64,000 nucleotides of DNA from Chiloscyllium plagiosum (Eukaryota): contig NC_057718.1 in assembly GCF_004010195.1 (NCBI RefSeq), positions 80,665,187 to 80,729,186 on the forward strand. The letters run 5' to 3'. A model generated the notes under the pieces. The model was given only the letters and a program-made list of their open reading frames with translations. It was not told the DNA's origin and did no database searches. The first letter of the stretch is position 1. Each line of letters opens with the position of its first letter. A program made the position numbers and the translations under genes. This document shows positions 37,463 to 50,821 of the stretch, piece after piece.

Positions 37463-37879
37463 CCCTTCCTAGCTGTCAGCAAGGAGGGATTTGAACTGGA
37501 GTCCTATGACCAATGACAGAACCACTACACTGTCGCTTCCACCAATATATAATCAAACCAGGCTTCATTCTGCAATCTCACTTGTCCAGTAAAGCAATAA
37601 ACTTGGATTATAACAACATATGTATTTAAAAATTGTTGCAAAGTCTTGCATATGGTACATGCCTAATGGCTACAAATCTTACTCCTTGATTATTTTAATG
37701 AAGGGATTCAAATTCAAATATGCTGCAATTTTAAATTGGTGATTTGAAATAACTGCACTGAGGCTGGTATCCATCCACAAAGTCACCCTTTATTTACGTG
37801 TGCACAGTACACTGGCTGTGGCCAGCTAGCTCAGGGTCAGTCCCCTGAACAGAGGACGTTCGAAATCTCTTGTTTATAT

Positions 37880-38345
37880 ATTTTTTCTTCTTCTTTTAAG
37901 AAAAGACACCTGAGTGGCCAGTGACAAGCAGTGCCCTTCTTTTCAAGGACAAAGCCAATGTGAACGAAAAAGTTAAAAGGAGGGTAGGAATTAAATCAAA
38001 ATAGAGTTGGAGGGGGAAGTAAGACACTTCACGTCTCATGGTGCCCACCTCTCCACCTCTGGTCACTCTCGCCACCACAACCCTCCCTACCAACAGCCAC
38101 TCGAACCTGCGATTGCGGAGGTGTGGATTCCTGAGCAATGGTTGCCTAATGACAGCCTGTTGGAGGGTAGGCATGACGTGTGTTGACCATGTTCCAGACA
38201 TTGATCAGGTCCTGGTAAAAGACAGGCAGCGTCCTGAGGGAGGCCTCCAAACCATCACAGTCGATAAACAGGAGCTGCATATTGCATGAGGTTACGCACC
38301 TGGCAGACATTTTTGTGTTGAAGTATAATGCTACCACCAGTCCGT
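37880..38345 (-). mobile_element. Tx1/L1-like LINE fragments including a 3' UTR
   Basis: LRTLPVFYQDLINVWNMV; 37905-38015 is homologous to 38800-38925. Confidence 0.7.
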
Positions 38346-38370
38346 TATGGATTTTTAAAAAAATAAACCT

Positions 38371-38470
38371 GTTTAGTCATGGTATGATCTACCTGCAGTA
38401 TAGGTGGAACCTGAACCTGGGTCCTCAGTCTCAGAGGCAGGGGTGCTATCTCTGTGCCACAAGAGCCCCA
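38371..38470 (-). mobile_element. Isolated tRNA-derived SINE head
   Basis: Reverse complement GGGGCTCTTGTGGCACAGAGATAGCACCCCTGCCTCTGAGACTGAGGACCCAGGTTCAGGTTCC. Confidence 0.6.
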
Positions 38471-38479
38471 ACTCCTTTA

Positions 38480-39592
38480 TATATTTTTTTTCTTTTCTGA
38501 AGAAAACAAACCAAAACCAAAAACACAAAACCAACGAAGAAAAAGGAAAGTAATGTCTCGTAGTCAAGGGAGCTTTTCTCCCCAGTACACTGGCTGTCTC
38601 TTAGTTGCATATATTTCTTTTCTTCTTTCATTATTTTTTTCTTTGCTCTTTTCTTTTCCTGTTTGACCTCCCACACTACCACCAAACAGCAGTAGTGCTT
38701 ACTTTTCCCGAGCACCCATGTCATTTGTGTGCAGGTGTAGGACACAGGGAAAAAATGAGTGCAAAAAACTTTATTCATATTCCACTACCAGGAAGAAAGG
38801 AAACACCTGAGTGGCCAGTGACAAGCAGAGCCCTTCTCAACAAAGGGCAATGTTAAGTGATCAGAAAAGTGAAGGGGAGGGTAGGGATTAAATCAAAATA
38901 CAGTTGGAGGATGAAATAAAATACTCCACACCCCATGGTGCCCACCTCCCTCTGAAAACCTCAAAGGTGTTGGTAGATATTACATGCTGCTTCTCCCGGG
39001 CCCAAACGTAATCCCGGAAGAGGGGCAGGCAATCAGCCATAACGACCCACACCACAGCCCAATGCCTGGACCTGTTTATGGCCAGCCTGGCCAGGCCCAG
39101 GAGGAGACCCACCAGGAGATCCTCTGATCTGCCTTTCCCCCTCCGCACTGGGTGCCCAAAGATCAGGAGCATGGGGCTGAAGTGCAACCAAAAGCAGAGG
39201 AGATCTTTAAGAAAACTAAAAAGTACTGCAAACGTCCACATCACATATATACATGGTCCACGGACTCCACAGCATCACATAACAAGCAGTTGGACTGGGA
39301 GTCTATGAACCACTGGAATCTGCGGTTGCAGGGGACTGCTGCATGCAGCACTCATCATACCAGATACCCAAGTGAAAGGGAGAGGACTTCTGTGCAGGGA
39401 GCTCTTCCACTGGGGATCCCCACCGCATGGTGGTAAATGGGCACACCTAGGTGTGTCTGGGCAATGGATGTGGGAAAAGAGTGGATGGTGTGCAGCAGTA
39501 GTCAATAAATGGCCTGCTATTTTGCATCCCTGTAGGTGGCTCAGATTTTGGGGCACAGGCACCCACTGAGGTAATGGGACCTTGGGGCCAAT
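38480..39592 (-). mobile_element. Tx1/L1-like LINE 3' fragment with A-rich tail
   Basis: LLIFGHPVRRGKGRSEDLLVGLLLGLARLAINRSR...DCLPLFRDYV (Tx1-like C-terminus); T-rich end at ~38480-38495 on the + strand. Confidence 0.78.
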
Positions 39593-40824
39593 GTGACAAA
39601 GAAGATTGATGAGGGCAGAGCAGTAGATGTGATCTATATGGACTTCAGTAAGGCGTCCGACAAGGTTCCCCATGGGAGACTGATTAGCAAGGTTAGATCT
39701 CATGGAATACAGGGAGAACTAGCCATTTGGATATAGAACTGGCTCAAAGGTAGAAGACAGAGGGTGGTGGTGGAGGGTTGTTTTTCAGACTGGAGGCCTG
39801 TGACCAGTGGAGTGCCACAAGTATAGGTGCTGGGTCCTCTACTATTTGTCATTTACATAAATGATTTGGACGCGAGCATAAGAAGTATAGTTAGTAAGTT
39901 TGCAGATGACACCAAAATTGGAGGTGTAGTGGACAGCGAAGAATGTTACCTCAGATTACAACAGGATCTGGACCAAATGGGCCAATGGGCTGAGAAGTGG
40001 CAGATGGAGTTTAATTCAGATAAATGCGAGGTGCTGCATTTTGGGAAAGCAAATCTTAGCAGGACTTATACACTTAATGGTAAGGTCCTGGGGAGTGTTG
40101 CTGAACAAAGAGACCTTGGATGGAAGATTCATAGCTCCTTGAAAATGGAGTCGCAGGTAGATAGGATAGTGGAGAAAGTGTTTGGAAACCAAAAATGCTT
40201 TCCTTTATTGGTCAGAGTATTGAGTACAGGAGTTGGGAGGTCATGTTGTGGCTGTACAGGACATTGGTTAGGCCACTGTTGGAATATTGCATGCAATTCT
40301 GGTCTCCTTCCTATCGAAAAGATGCTGTGAAACTTGAAAGGGTTCAGAAAAGATTTACAAGGATGTTGCCAGGGTTGGAGTATTTGAGCCATAGGGAGAG
40401 GCTGAACAGGTTGGGGCTGTTTTCCCTGGAGCATCGGAGGCTGAGGGGTGACCTTATAGAAGTTTACAAAATTATGAGGGGCATGGATAGGATAAATAGG
40501 CAAAGTCTTTTCCCTGGGGTCGGGGAATCCAGAACTCGAGGGCATAGGTTTAGGGTGGGAGGGGAAAGATATAAAAGAGATCTACGTGGCAACTTTTTCA
40601 TGCAGAGGGTGGTAAGTATATGGAATGAGCTGCCAGAGGAAGTGGTGGAGGCTGGTACAATTACAACATTTAAGAGGCATTTGGATGGGTATATGAATAG
40701 GAAGGGTTTGGAGGGATATGGGCCGGGTGCTGGCAGGTGGGACTAGATTGGGTTGGGATATCTGGTCAGCATGGACAGGTTGGACCAAAGGGTCTGTTTC
40801 CATGTACATCTCTATTACTCTATG
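39593..40824 (+). mobile_element. Relatively young 5'-truncated CR1 LINE
   Basis: LGPLLFVIYINDL...KFADDTK...WQMEFNSDKCEVLHFG; LYRTLVRPLLEYC...LERVQKRFTRML...WNELPEEVV; ends CTCTATTACTCTATG. Confidence 0.96.
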
Positions 40825-41890
40825 TCAGTATGACCAATCTATAATTCCTTGTTTTCCCTCCATCTCCATTTTTAAATAGTGCGGTTACATGAGCTACAAT
40901 CCATAAGAAAATTCTAGATTATATAGAATCTTGAAAGATGACCACATATATCTATTATTTATCTGGCCACTTCCTTAATTGCCCTGGGATGTAAATTACC
41001 AAGCTCTGGGGACTTATTGGCCTTTAATCCTGTCAACTTCCCCAACACAATTTCCCTATTAATTCTGATTTCCTTCAGTCTCTCCCTTTTTTTAGACCTT
41101 GTGTTCTTCAACTTTTTTGGGGTGTTATTTGGGTCCTCCTTTGTGAAAACAGAAACAAAATATCTGTCTAATTCGTCTGCCATGTCTTTGATCCCAATTA
41201 TAACATCTCCTTTTTTTGCCTTTCTCTTCACAAAACTATATAAGCTTGTAAATCAGTTTTTATGTTCCCCACAAGCTTAATATTGTACTCTATTTTCCCT
41301 TGTTTAATCAATCCTCTTTTTCCTCTTTTCTGAAAGCTAAATTGTTGTCAGTCCACAGGTTTGCTGCTTTTTTTGACCAATTCATATGTTTTGTCCTTGA
41401 ATCAAATCCCATCCCTTCTTTCTTTTGTTAACCATTGTCAGCCATTCTTTCCCACTTTACTTTTGTGCCTGATTGAAAAGAACAATAATTATTGCAGTTC
41501 ATTCTTGCACTCTTCAAATGTTTGCCATTGCCTATCCATTGTCATCCTTTTTCATAAAGCTCTTCTTTTTATCATAACCAGCCCACGTCTCATACCATTA
41601 TTATTTTCTTTATTTAGATTCAAGACCCTAGTCTAGAATCAATGACATCAAGCTCCATTTTAACAAAGAATTCTATCATATTGTAGTCTCTTCTTCAAGG
41701 GGCCTTTCACAGATGGATTGCCAGTTACTCCTTTCTTATTATATAATGCACAGTTTAGGATAACTTGAGTTTCTTCAACAAATTGATCCAGAAGGCCATC
41801 TTACATACACTCCAGGAATTCCTCCTATATAGTATTGTTACAGATTTGTTTCGTCCAATCTATACATAGATGAAAGTCACCTATGATTAC
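40825..41890 (-). mobile_element. Decayed internal CR1 ORF2 fragment
   Basis: MADELDRYFVSVFTKED...LKANKSPELGNLHPRAIKEVA. Confidence 0.8.
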
Positions 41891-43879
41891 AGCTATATCT
41901 TTATCACTTGCAAAGTTAAATTGGAAGAACAAAAACTGATAATGAAATAGCTGGGTCCAGTTATTTCAATAGATGAGATGAAAAATAATTCCAGGCAATG
42001 AAATGTCAATTTCTTAGCCCAGTTTTTAGAAATATTATACCCATCAGAAGAGGTGATTGAACTGTGGTTACCTGCAGATAGCTTTGTTTTGTACAATGAT
42101 ACTTTGGCAACTATTGCCATTGCAGAAAGCAGTAATTAACTCTTCCACAGAAGCAAATGTTTTAAGGATCAAAGTTGTTTAGTAATATGTTGTTTAGTAA
42201 GTTGTTTAGTTGTAGTGATTCTTTGTGTGATCAACAACAGTTCACAGCCAGGTCTCGGATGGAAAACAATAGACATATAAGTTTACAAAGATAGGATTTT
42301 GTTACACTACAGTGTCTCTTTACAAAGCTTGGTGCATATTTAAGTCAGATGTGCCTCTATTTTATGTCTGTCTTTTGTAATCTAACACAAGGATTGCAAA
42401 ACGTAAAGAATTCAATTCAGCCAAGGCGTACATCTCTCTTAGCAATAGTTATTAGATGATGTGTTGGAAATCAAAATCACAGACACGGAGGCATTTCAGT
42501 TTCACAGGACAGACTTCCAACTAAACAAATAAGTAAAGTGGTGGTGTTAAGTCAACTCCTTTACTGAGATCAAATCTCACTATCATTGGCAGGTATGTCA
42601 CATTTATGTGGCACATTTAACATTGTAAAATATCTCTAGATATTTCAAGACAGCAGCTGTGTGAATAAAATGAACCAGTGAAGGTGTTGGGGACTGGAAT
42701 TCAATCAGGTACTTTAGCATTTCTTGTTCGTTCACTGAATTTTGTTGCAGTTAAATATACATATGGAAAATTTGTTCATATAGAGTGGCACGGCATGTCT
42801 ATGTCTGTCTTGAATAAAGATTTTTCTAATGGTATCATGCTTCCTGATGTTGTCTTTGTTTCGACTACGACTAACAACAAGGATTGGTGGTTGTCAAATT
42901 ACTTAAAGCCTCTCAACCCAGCTATTGTAACATGGTGCCAGCAGTAACAATCTGAATAATTAATTTAGCTATAAATTATAGTATGCTGGCAGCAGTGGAC
43001 ACCACTGTCTCATATAAGGTAGGAGCAGCAGTGGGCAGAGACTGAAAAACTCTTCAATTCTACAAAAGCCACAGCATTCTAAGGAGATAAAAGCAGAAAA
43101 AAAATCAGAAACCTGACAATGTATCTCTCAACATTCAGCAGCAAAAAGGCACACAGAGTCTGTCAGCCTCTGTAAATGCACCAGCAGTTAAAACAATAAC
43201 ACTAATTAAGCCTAAAACAGCCTAAAACTTTGAAAAAGCTTGAGTACCATAAACACTCTTACCAGGGCTACAAGAGAAAAATCACAATGATGAATTATAA
43301 CCAAGATGTTGCTTATTAATACAGAGGACAATAGGGCTAAAGGTAAGTCCAGGTAATGTGGCACAGCCTTGCCTGTGCAAATGATTTGATTATTATGTCA
43401 CTTTATGAGTGAGAGTACAGAATAAGTGAGTAATCTCAGTGGAAAATTTTGTTCCTTGAGCTTTTCAGGAAAGCATAGTGACATTCATGGCTGGAGATGT
43501 TCAGTTGACAACTCACATACCTGCTGTCCCTCATAATGCAGTGCTCTGGAAAGAAAAGCTGCTCAAAATGCTGAACTGTTGAGGTTAAACATTGTCATCA
43601 AGGATGTTCAAGCATATCAAGATAAGTTACAGTCACTGCTCACTCTGAAGCGTTGAAAGGGTACAGATTATGCAAGGGTCAAAAGAAGCTTCCTCAAGAT
43701 CCATTATCAACTTGATGGGTGTTCCCATGTATCTCCTGCTTTGTCCTTGCTGTCAGTGATTGTGGGCTTTCTCAGGTGCTGTCTAAGGCTATTTGATGAA
43801 TTTAACCAACAAAGCCACTCCACCTCCTTTTCCTTTTTGTCTGTCATTACAATACCTCCACAGACTGCCTTGTCCGCTT

Positions 43880-44110
43880 TCTTTGCCTGGCTGTCACCTT
43901 TTCCCTCCCCACCTGAGGAATATTAACCTAAGGAGTGCCTACCTTTCTGTATGTGCTCTTGTTGCCATGATCCACAGTGTATCTAGTCACCGCTTCAGCT
44001 CTGAAACTTGGGCTTCCAGGAGCTGCAGCTGGAGACATTTCCTGCATACATTCTAGTTTCACGCATTGGAACTGTGCCCAAATTCCCAAGTCGGACAGAT
44101 CCCACATAGA
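43880..44110 (-). mobile_element. CR1 ORF1 fragment
   Basis: The minus strand reads VCRKCLQLQLLEAQVSELKR, typical of the CR1 ORF1 zinc-finger/coiled-coil junction. Confidence 0.6.
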
Positions 44111-44299
44111 ATGCCCTTAAAATCAAGTAATATTAATTAATCTAGGGTCTATCTTTATTTGACCTCTGAACTAATGCCCTTACCAACTGGAAACCCAAAA
44201 TAAAGACCTTACAAACTAGAACTGTTAAAAATAGCATAAATAGTCTCCTGACCTTACTCACCTAACCAGCTGTTGCTTCTCAGCCTGAGTCACCTTTTG

Positions 44300-44960
44300 A
44301 CGCTCCACCCACACTGCTTCACTGTAATACTGCTGCAGGACATGTCTCACAAGAATGTTCCTTAGTGTATGAGATATTCTTCTTTTTCTGTTCCAGATTT
44401 ATAAACAGGTATTTTTCTTTTTTTTTCTTCTACCTTTCTTTGTCGTCCCTTTTCAATTCTCTTTTGTTTTCCTTCTTTCTCAACTGAAAATCCAGTTCTA
44501 ACTTTTTCTCACTCTGACATGCTGTTTGTTTGTTTCCTCTCTCTCTGAAATTTAGATTTTGAGATTTTTTTTCATTTTGAAGTGTTTTCATTTTATCTCT
44601 CTCTGAAATTTAGGTTTTGTGATTTTTTTTTCATTTTGAAGTGTTTTCATTTTATTTCCTTGTTCAATCTACTTGTTCTGGAATTGAATTTTCACAAATT
44701 CAATTGATGCGCGAATTGTAAGCCTTACTTCTTTCAATTTCAGATTCTATGATGTTATCCCAATTAAGTCTCCTTTCCAAACCCCTGCTTTTAATTCTAA
44801 CCTCAAATTGTCTACCCGTTCTAATCGCCTCCATTTGGTTACTTTGCGAATCACTCAGGGATAAATCTTCCATCTTTCCATTTATCCTTTATTTTTTCAC
44901 TTCTGATTTCACATTGTTCGTTTTGCATATCCCACTGCGAGACCCCAAGTTTATGTTGTG
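44300..44960 (-). mobile_element. Possible Gypsy 5' internal remnant with a degenerate tRNA-Pro primer-binding site
   Basis: Reverse complement at ~44928-44958 is CAACATAAACTTGGGGTCTCGCAGTGGGAT, compared with the tRNA-Pro PBS TGGGGGCTCGTCCGGGAT. Confidence 0.4.
44539..44656. repeat. Two-copy tandem duplication of ~59 bp
   Basis: CTCTCTCTGAAATTTAG.TTTTG.GATTTTTTT(T)CATTTTGAAGTGTTTTCATTTTAT occurs twice. Confidence 0.9.
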
Positions 44961-45289
44961 AATGAGATGGGTGGAGTGCATTGTCTTTCCCTAGACCATA
45001 CTGTTTTATCCATTTCTCAATAAGGCCAATTATATGCTTTCTCTATATTATATATAGATTGAAAAGATCTGTCCATCAAAAAAATTTACTCAACAAAGAT
45101 ACAGAATTTATTAATACAGTTTATAATGTCAAAATATTAATCTAAAAACACATATACATGGACACACACACCAGGTAAGGGGGAAGAGGGACAAATTTGT
45201 CTTTGCATATTTTCAGTTGGGGAAAATACATTTATGCCAAAAATGGTTAATTCGTAAAGGAAACAGGGATAAAGTGTGGAATATTCAGA

Positions 45290-46210
45290 GGGTGTCAATA
45301 TGGAATTCTGGTACACATTGACATTTGGTAAACTAGGATTTAAATATCACTTATTTTGCTTTGGCCATTTTGAATTGTAAGCCAGAGGCATGTAGGTTTA
45401 ATGATTAACTTGTAAATATTTCTATAGACATTGTGATTTAAAAAAAAATAGTTTTAGGATAGCTTTGGAGGAATAATGAGTTTTTATTTATGTTAAAATC
45501 GTTGATGTGTGAGCAAAGTACATAGAGTAGTACTTCAAACTTTCTCACAGAAGTTTCTGCACCTTTTCTCCCCAAGCTTAAGGAAACACTATAGCTTGGA
45601 AGAAAAGGTTTAGTTTTAATTTCAGTTTGAGGCAGATCTGTAGCAGTCTTGAATAAAGATAGGTATGTAAAGCAGTGTTTCTGCTCAGTGAGAAAGGGAG
45701 AAGATAGTAAAAAATAAATTATTTCCAGTGAGGAGTTGAGTAATAATTCCAGACCAGAAATGTTCAGATAAAATACTGAAAAGGTTATTTGAAGCTGAGA
45801 ACATTTAAGCTCAGGTATCGGGAAAGCTTCAGAAGAGGCCAGATTTTCCATACTGGTTGTGGGAATCACATTAAATGAAACTTAAAGAGGTGTTTGAAGG
45901 CAATTTTTCCTTGGTATAAGTACTGTACAAAGGCTACTTTGGGAAACTGTTCTGGGGCATTTGTGAGATCTATAAATAAGTGTTTCTCAGATTAATTTTA
46001 CCATATTTTTTAAAAGCTTTAATGTCATGTCAATTTGGTTCATACTTTTTTTTTGCTTAATGAACTTCAGTTTTATTATTTGAACCAAATCTACAACATT
46101 GTATGCTTGTATTTCAGTGAGAGGTCATCTCATTAAAACAAAGCAAGTTTATTAAACCAGATTTCAATCTGGTATCTGACTTGTCCAGTAATAGCTGGGA
46201 TCATAATACT
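45290..46210 (+). mobile_element. Probable decayed LTR
   Basis: The end AAACCAGATTTCAATCTGGTATCTGACTTGTCCAGTAA...GGGATCATAATA is homologous to 37555-37615. Confidence 0.4.
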
Positions 46211-46852
46211 AGACATTTGGAGTTTTTTCAGGAAACACAGTACTGAGAAGTCATCCAGACACACTTTCAAGAGGACAATCTGGATCTGTTTATATACTGG
46301 ATTCACAAGAGTGTTTTAGAAAGGCAAAGAGATGAGATGAACAGTAGGTTCCTCAGCAGAAATCTTCCTACTGAAAACCAAAACAATCTCCATCACCGAC
46401 AAATAACGTTCAAACAGAATAGCCATAAAAGTCAAGTGACGTCCAGCAAACAAGTCCACCAATTAGGTTGAAATCATGTGATTTCCCAAAAATGTAGTTT
46501 TTTCGAAAAAACTACATGTTTCATTGACCTTTTCAATGAATAATCCAGTTATTTCCAAACAAATAGTGAGACCTTATTTTTCCACAATCCTTGAAAGCTT
46601 TTTCTCAAAACAATGCTAAAAATGAAGACTTCAAAACAAATGTGATAAATCTTGAAGAATATTGCAAAAGCTGTGAGTATAATCTTTATTGAAAAAGGGG
46701 CATTCATTCAGAAACTTGGGAAAACAGCAGTATAAATCAATTAATGAGCATGGAAAAATTGAAGGCAGATAAAACAAGTATTTTGAAGGGAAACAAGTAG
46801 TTATTGTTCAACTGAAAATATTTTTAAGAAACATTATCAACCTGGTGTTGAT

Positions 46853-47477
46853 CCAAGATGACAGCAGAGTAGGACGCTCTGGTCAGAGCTCCTTTTCTCG
46901 CCAGTGCCTCTCCCTTTTCCTTTTTTTCTCCACTTTGTAGCTTTTCCGGTCTCCCCAATCACAACTCCACCCCTCACCCCACCTTACCTGGAGAGTAGAG
47001 TTGAGGAGCAGAGCGAGCTGGTAGTGTCCCGCGGCAGAATGGAGCAAGCGGGCCATGTCCCAGAGTGAGCACATGCCGAGTCCAGCAGCTTAGCAAGCAC
47101 AGACTGAGTCTTGTGGTGGAGTGAGCGTGGGCTAAGTCCCACGTCAGCAGTGGAGCAAGCGTGTGATTCCCAAAATAGCAGCGGAGCAAGTCCTGGCACA
47201 TGAAGGCAGCATGGCCTCATGTTCTGGAGCCTGCAGGCACTGACTAGAAGTTAAGTAGTTATGGTCACTTATTATCGTTCTGGACCTTTTCACTGTTTCA
47301 GGCTAATCGATATTCTTTTTAACTCTAACAGCACTAAATGTTTTTAATCTGTAAGATTTGTACCAAGCTATCGGTACTTAAGATGGTGACATTCAAGGCA
47401 GCCATTGTAAAAACTTTTCACTGTACTTCTGTACTGGAGTATGTGTGTCAATGAAGGATAGTCTGTTCTTCTATTCG
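46853..47477 (+). mobile_element. Non-coding element with Rex1-like ends
   Basis: Starts CCAAGATGACAGCAGAGTAGGAC, ends CTTTTCACTGTAC...GTGTCAATGAAG; GTTGAT at 46847-46852 and 47478-47483. Confidence 0.65.
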
Positions 47478-47567
47478 GTTGATGCCATTTTTTTAACATG
47501 TAAAGTTCAGAGAAGAAGTAGAAAGGCCATGAATCATCTGTCGTCTTAAAAGTGGTACAAACGTTTA

Positions 47568-47879
47568 GGGCGGCATGGTGGCTCAGTGGTTAGCACTGCA
47601 GCCTCACAGCACCAGGGACCTGGGTTCGAATCCAGCCTTGGGCAATTTTCTCTGTGGAGTTTGCACATTCTCCCTGTGTCTGCATGGGTTTCCACCGGTA
47701 CTCCGGTTTCCTCACAAACTTCTGCGCAGGTCACGTGGATTGGCCATCCTAAATTGCCCATAATGTTAGGTGCATTAGTCAGAGGGAAATGGGTCTGGGT
47801 GCATTAATCTTTGGAGGGTCAGTGTGCACTTGTTGGGCTAAATGGCCTATTTCCATACTGTAGAGAATTTCATCTAATC
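47568..47879 (+). mobile_element. HE1-type V-SINE, full length
   Basis: GGGCGGCATGGTGGCTCAGTGGTTAGCAC...GGGTTCGAATCC...TTCCATACTGTAGAGAAT. Confidence 0.92.
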
Positions 47880-48178
47880 CAAAATCAGGAAGGAGAAAGT
47901 GCCACAAAATTACAATCTTTCCTATACCTTGGGAGAAAATATAAAATGCAATGACATTGAAATATTTGAAAATAATTTTTACAGAAAAATTGGATAGTTC
48001 TGAAACATTAAGAAATAAAAATAATCTGTAAGGCAGAGAAAAGTAAAATCAATAAATCGTAAAAAGAGAAAAATTACACAACAAATTTCAAGAAAATCAT
48101 TTAAATAAGAAGCAACAGCAGGGTATGGTGGTGAAATTATAAACCTACTTTGCTTATTTGAAACAATTGTAACAAGAT

Positions 48179-48490
48179 GGGTGGCACAGTGGTTAACACT
48201 GCTGCCTCACAGCGCCTGAGACCCGGGTTCAATTCCCACCTCAGGCGACTGACTGTGTGGAGTTTGCACGTTCTCCCCGTGTCTGCGTGGGTTTCCTCCG
48301 GGTGGTCCGGTTTTCTTCCACAGTCCAAAGATATGCAGGTCAGGTGAATTGGCCATGCTAAATTGTCCGTAGTGTTAGGTAAGCGGTAAATGCAGGGGTA
48401 TGGGTGGGTTGCGCTTCGGCGGGTCGGTGTGGACTTGTTGGGCCGAAGGGCCTGTTTCCACACTGTAATGTAATCTAAAAAAAATCTAAG
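48179..48490 (+). mobile_element. HE1-type V-SINE
   Basis: GGTGGCACAGTGGTTAACACTGCTGCCTCACAGC...GGGTTCAATTCC...CCTGTTTCCACACTGTAATGTAATCTA. Confidence 0.93.
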
Positions 48491-48609
48491 ATTTTCATAA
48501 CCAGAGGAAGATTGGCAGAGATGTTGTATAAGGCAGTTAATCCCTGAAACAATTAACTGACATCATATTGAAAAGCTTCATCATCAGATGTAAAGCACTG
48601 TTTTGGAGG

Positions 48610-48910
48610 AGCTAATTGGGCAGAGGCAGTGCCCTGAGTGGGGACTCCTGCCTGTGGTGATTCCTGAAGTGTTCACTCTTGGAGGGGTTGTCATTGCTGT
48701 ATGCAGAGATGGAACTCCTGAGGCTCGGAACACCTTGCAGAGACCTTGCAAAAACCCTGGAGCTGGGTTTGAAGACCCCTTGTACAGAGGATGAAACTCT
48801 ATTTCAGTAATTTCTTTCTATTCTTTTTGTAACTCAATATGGCACTTGATTATGGCGTCAAGACACTTTTCATTGTATCTTTCTAGATATATATGACAAT
48901 AAATAAATAA
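48610..48910 (+). mobile_element. 3' part of a non-coding element with a Rex1-like tail
   Basis: Ends CACTTTTCATTGTATC...ATGACAATAAATAAATAA. Confidence 0.5.
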
Positions 48911-49365
48911 CCAGTTCTCTGTTTGCTACAATATTTTTGTGAGAATGTTTCAGTTGAACTAATTTGAACTTACTCTTAAGTTGAGCCTAATGTCTTACAA
49001 TCGACCATCATGAATTGAGATTCAGCCTATTTTCTGCTAAAGTATTTGTGTTGATGTCATTCCCCACTTGGTATGAATAGCTCAGACTAATATCAGCAAG
49101 AAAGGCAAGAGGTGAGATGGGTTCCTCCTACTGAAAACCAAAACAATCTCCATCACCTGCAAATAACATTCAAACAGAACAGCTACTGAAACTAGACAAA
49201 GCTTCACAGTCCCACTGTTATAATACTCTGGAAGAGTTCTGGCTTGTTCTGCCCACTGAGCTCTCATGATATCTCAATGTAATAAATTTTGAGTCAGCCC
49301 TGGGTATCCTTTCAGGTGCAGTAGTAATCACTGGTAATCCCTGCAAGTAGCTCAATATGCGAGCC

Positions 49366-49466
49366 AGTTCTGAAGAAGGGTCTCTGGACTCAAAGCATTA
49401 ACTCTACTTTCTTTCCTCAGAAGCTGCCAGAGCTGCTGAGTTTCTCCAACAATTTCTGTCTTTGTA
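49366..49466 (+). mobile_element. Short Penelope-derived element with mutated hammerhead core
   Basis: CTGAAGA (49370)-A-GGGTC-TCTG-GACTC-AAAG..., then GCTGCCAGAGCTGCTGAGTTTCTCCAACAATTTCTG. Confidence 0.7.
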
Positions 49467-50821
49467 CCGACTTCTCAAGCTTTTCCATCCAGCCTTTCCC
49501 TGTGATCATCATCTCTGATTTCCCACCACACATGCTGTACTCGTTCCACAATTTCTCTGTTACTTCTATTATATGTTTACTCCCCATTTCCTTCCAGAAT
49601 GTCTTCACACTGTCAAATTACCTCTATTTCAGTCACTCTCACTTGACCTGTCTGTCGGCAGTTGCAGACTTAAACTGCTGAGTTCCTATCTGATGAGTAG
49701 CCAGCTTTCCAAAGTGGATGTTTCAAAAGTCAGGAAACCTAAAGCAACAAATCAAAACATGCTTTATAATGCCATTCAAACCAATTTTCAATTACCTGAT
49801 CGTAAATTCACCTTCCTATTTCACATGCCTTGGTGAATCTCAAGATTAATCTGTTATGAATGAGAAAATGTGAAGCTTTTCCAATTTAACATATAGTGAC
49901 TTATGACATGGCAGAAATTGATGCATCTTGCACTCATATGCAAATATTTTTCAAACTTGTGACATGTACTTTATTTTGAACCACAGCATTTAAACATTGT
50001 GTAATTTTAAATACAGAATTGTAACACTGTGCTGCTTCATGTTCTTTTCTCAGGCATAGAATTTCTGATCAAAGCATTGAATTGACCTTAAACCAATTTG
50101 ATTTTTTTTTCCATCATTTATTTGTACTTGAAGGATTAAATTGTCCTGAAATTCCCTTGATGGTTTTTGTAATTTAGGCAGAATGTTATCAGGATTCTTG
50201 GAGCATTTTTATTGTTTTATTTTCTTTCTGAGAGTTTTACTGATTTTCCACTGACGTTCAGCAATAGATCAGGAGAATGTTTGTTGAACTTTAGGGTATA
50301 AAGGTAGTTTCAAGCATGTGATCTACCTTAGGATTCATATTTCTAAATGCAAAATGTGCTCTGTTCACTGTCTGATTATATTTGTTTAGAATAAGCCTTG
50401 ATGGAATAATCAAACATATTGAATCATCCATTTTGATTTTTCAATTTCTAAAGAGCATAATGCAGCAATGCAATTTCTTAGAAACCTTGCAGATTCAATT
50501 GTGAAAAATATATTTGACCTATTGACTTCGTGGTAATCTTTCAGTAACTAAGGAAAATAATAAATATCTAAATGCCAGATCTTGCTGGCATAAACAAGTT
50601 ACTTGGAGGTAAGCTTGCACTACCAATCACAAGTAAAAGCTTTTCATCTAATTTACATCTCCCTTTATAACAATCCTTTAGAATCATTACTCTTGTAAGA
50701 ACTTACAATAGAGCTGAATCTTACATTTCTTTGGATAGGTACATGTTACGTAGGGGTTTTTGGAGGGTCTTACATTCTAGAACCTAACAGGTTTACTCAC
50801 CATGTCTTACTAAACTCACTT

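Noticed and set aside
42678..42947. 89-aa ORF as a host exon
   Set aside because: No recognisable domain or splice context; the length is compatible with chance.
47568..47645. tRNA gene
   Set aside because: The A and B boxes run straight into an HE1 SINE body; the same applies to the other tRNA-like heads, none of which gives a convincing cloverleaf.
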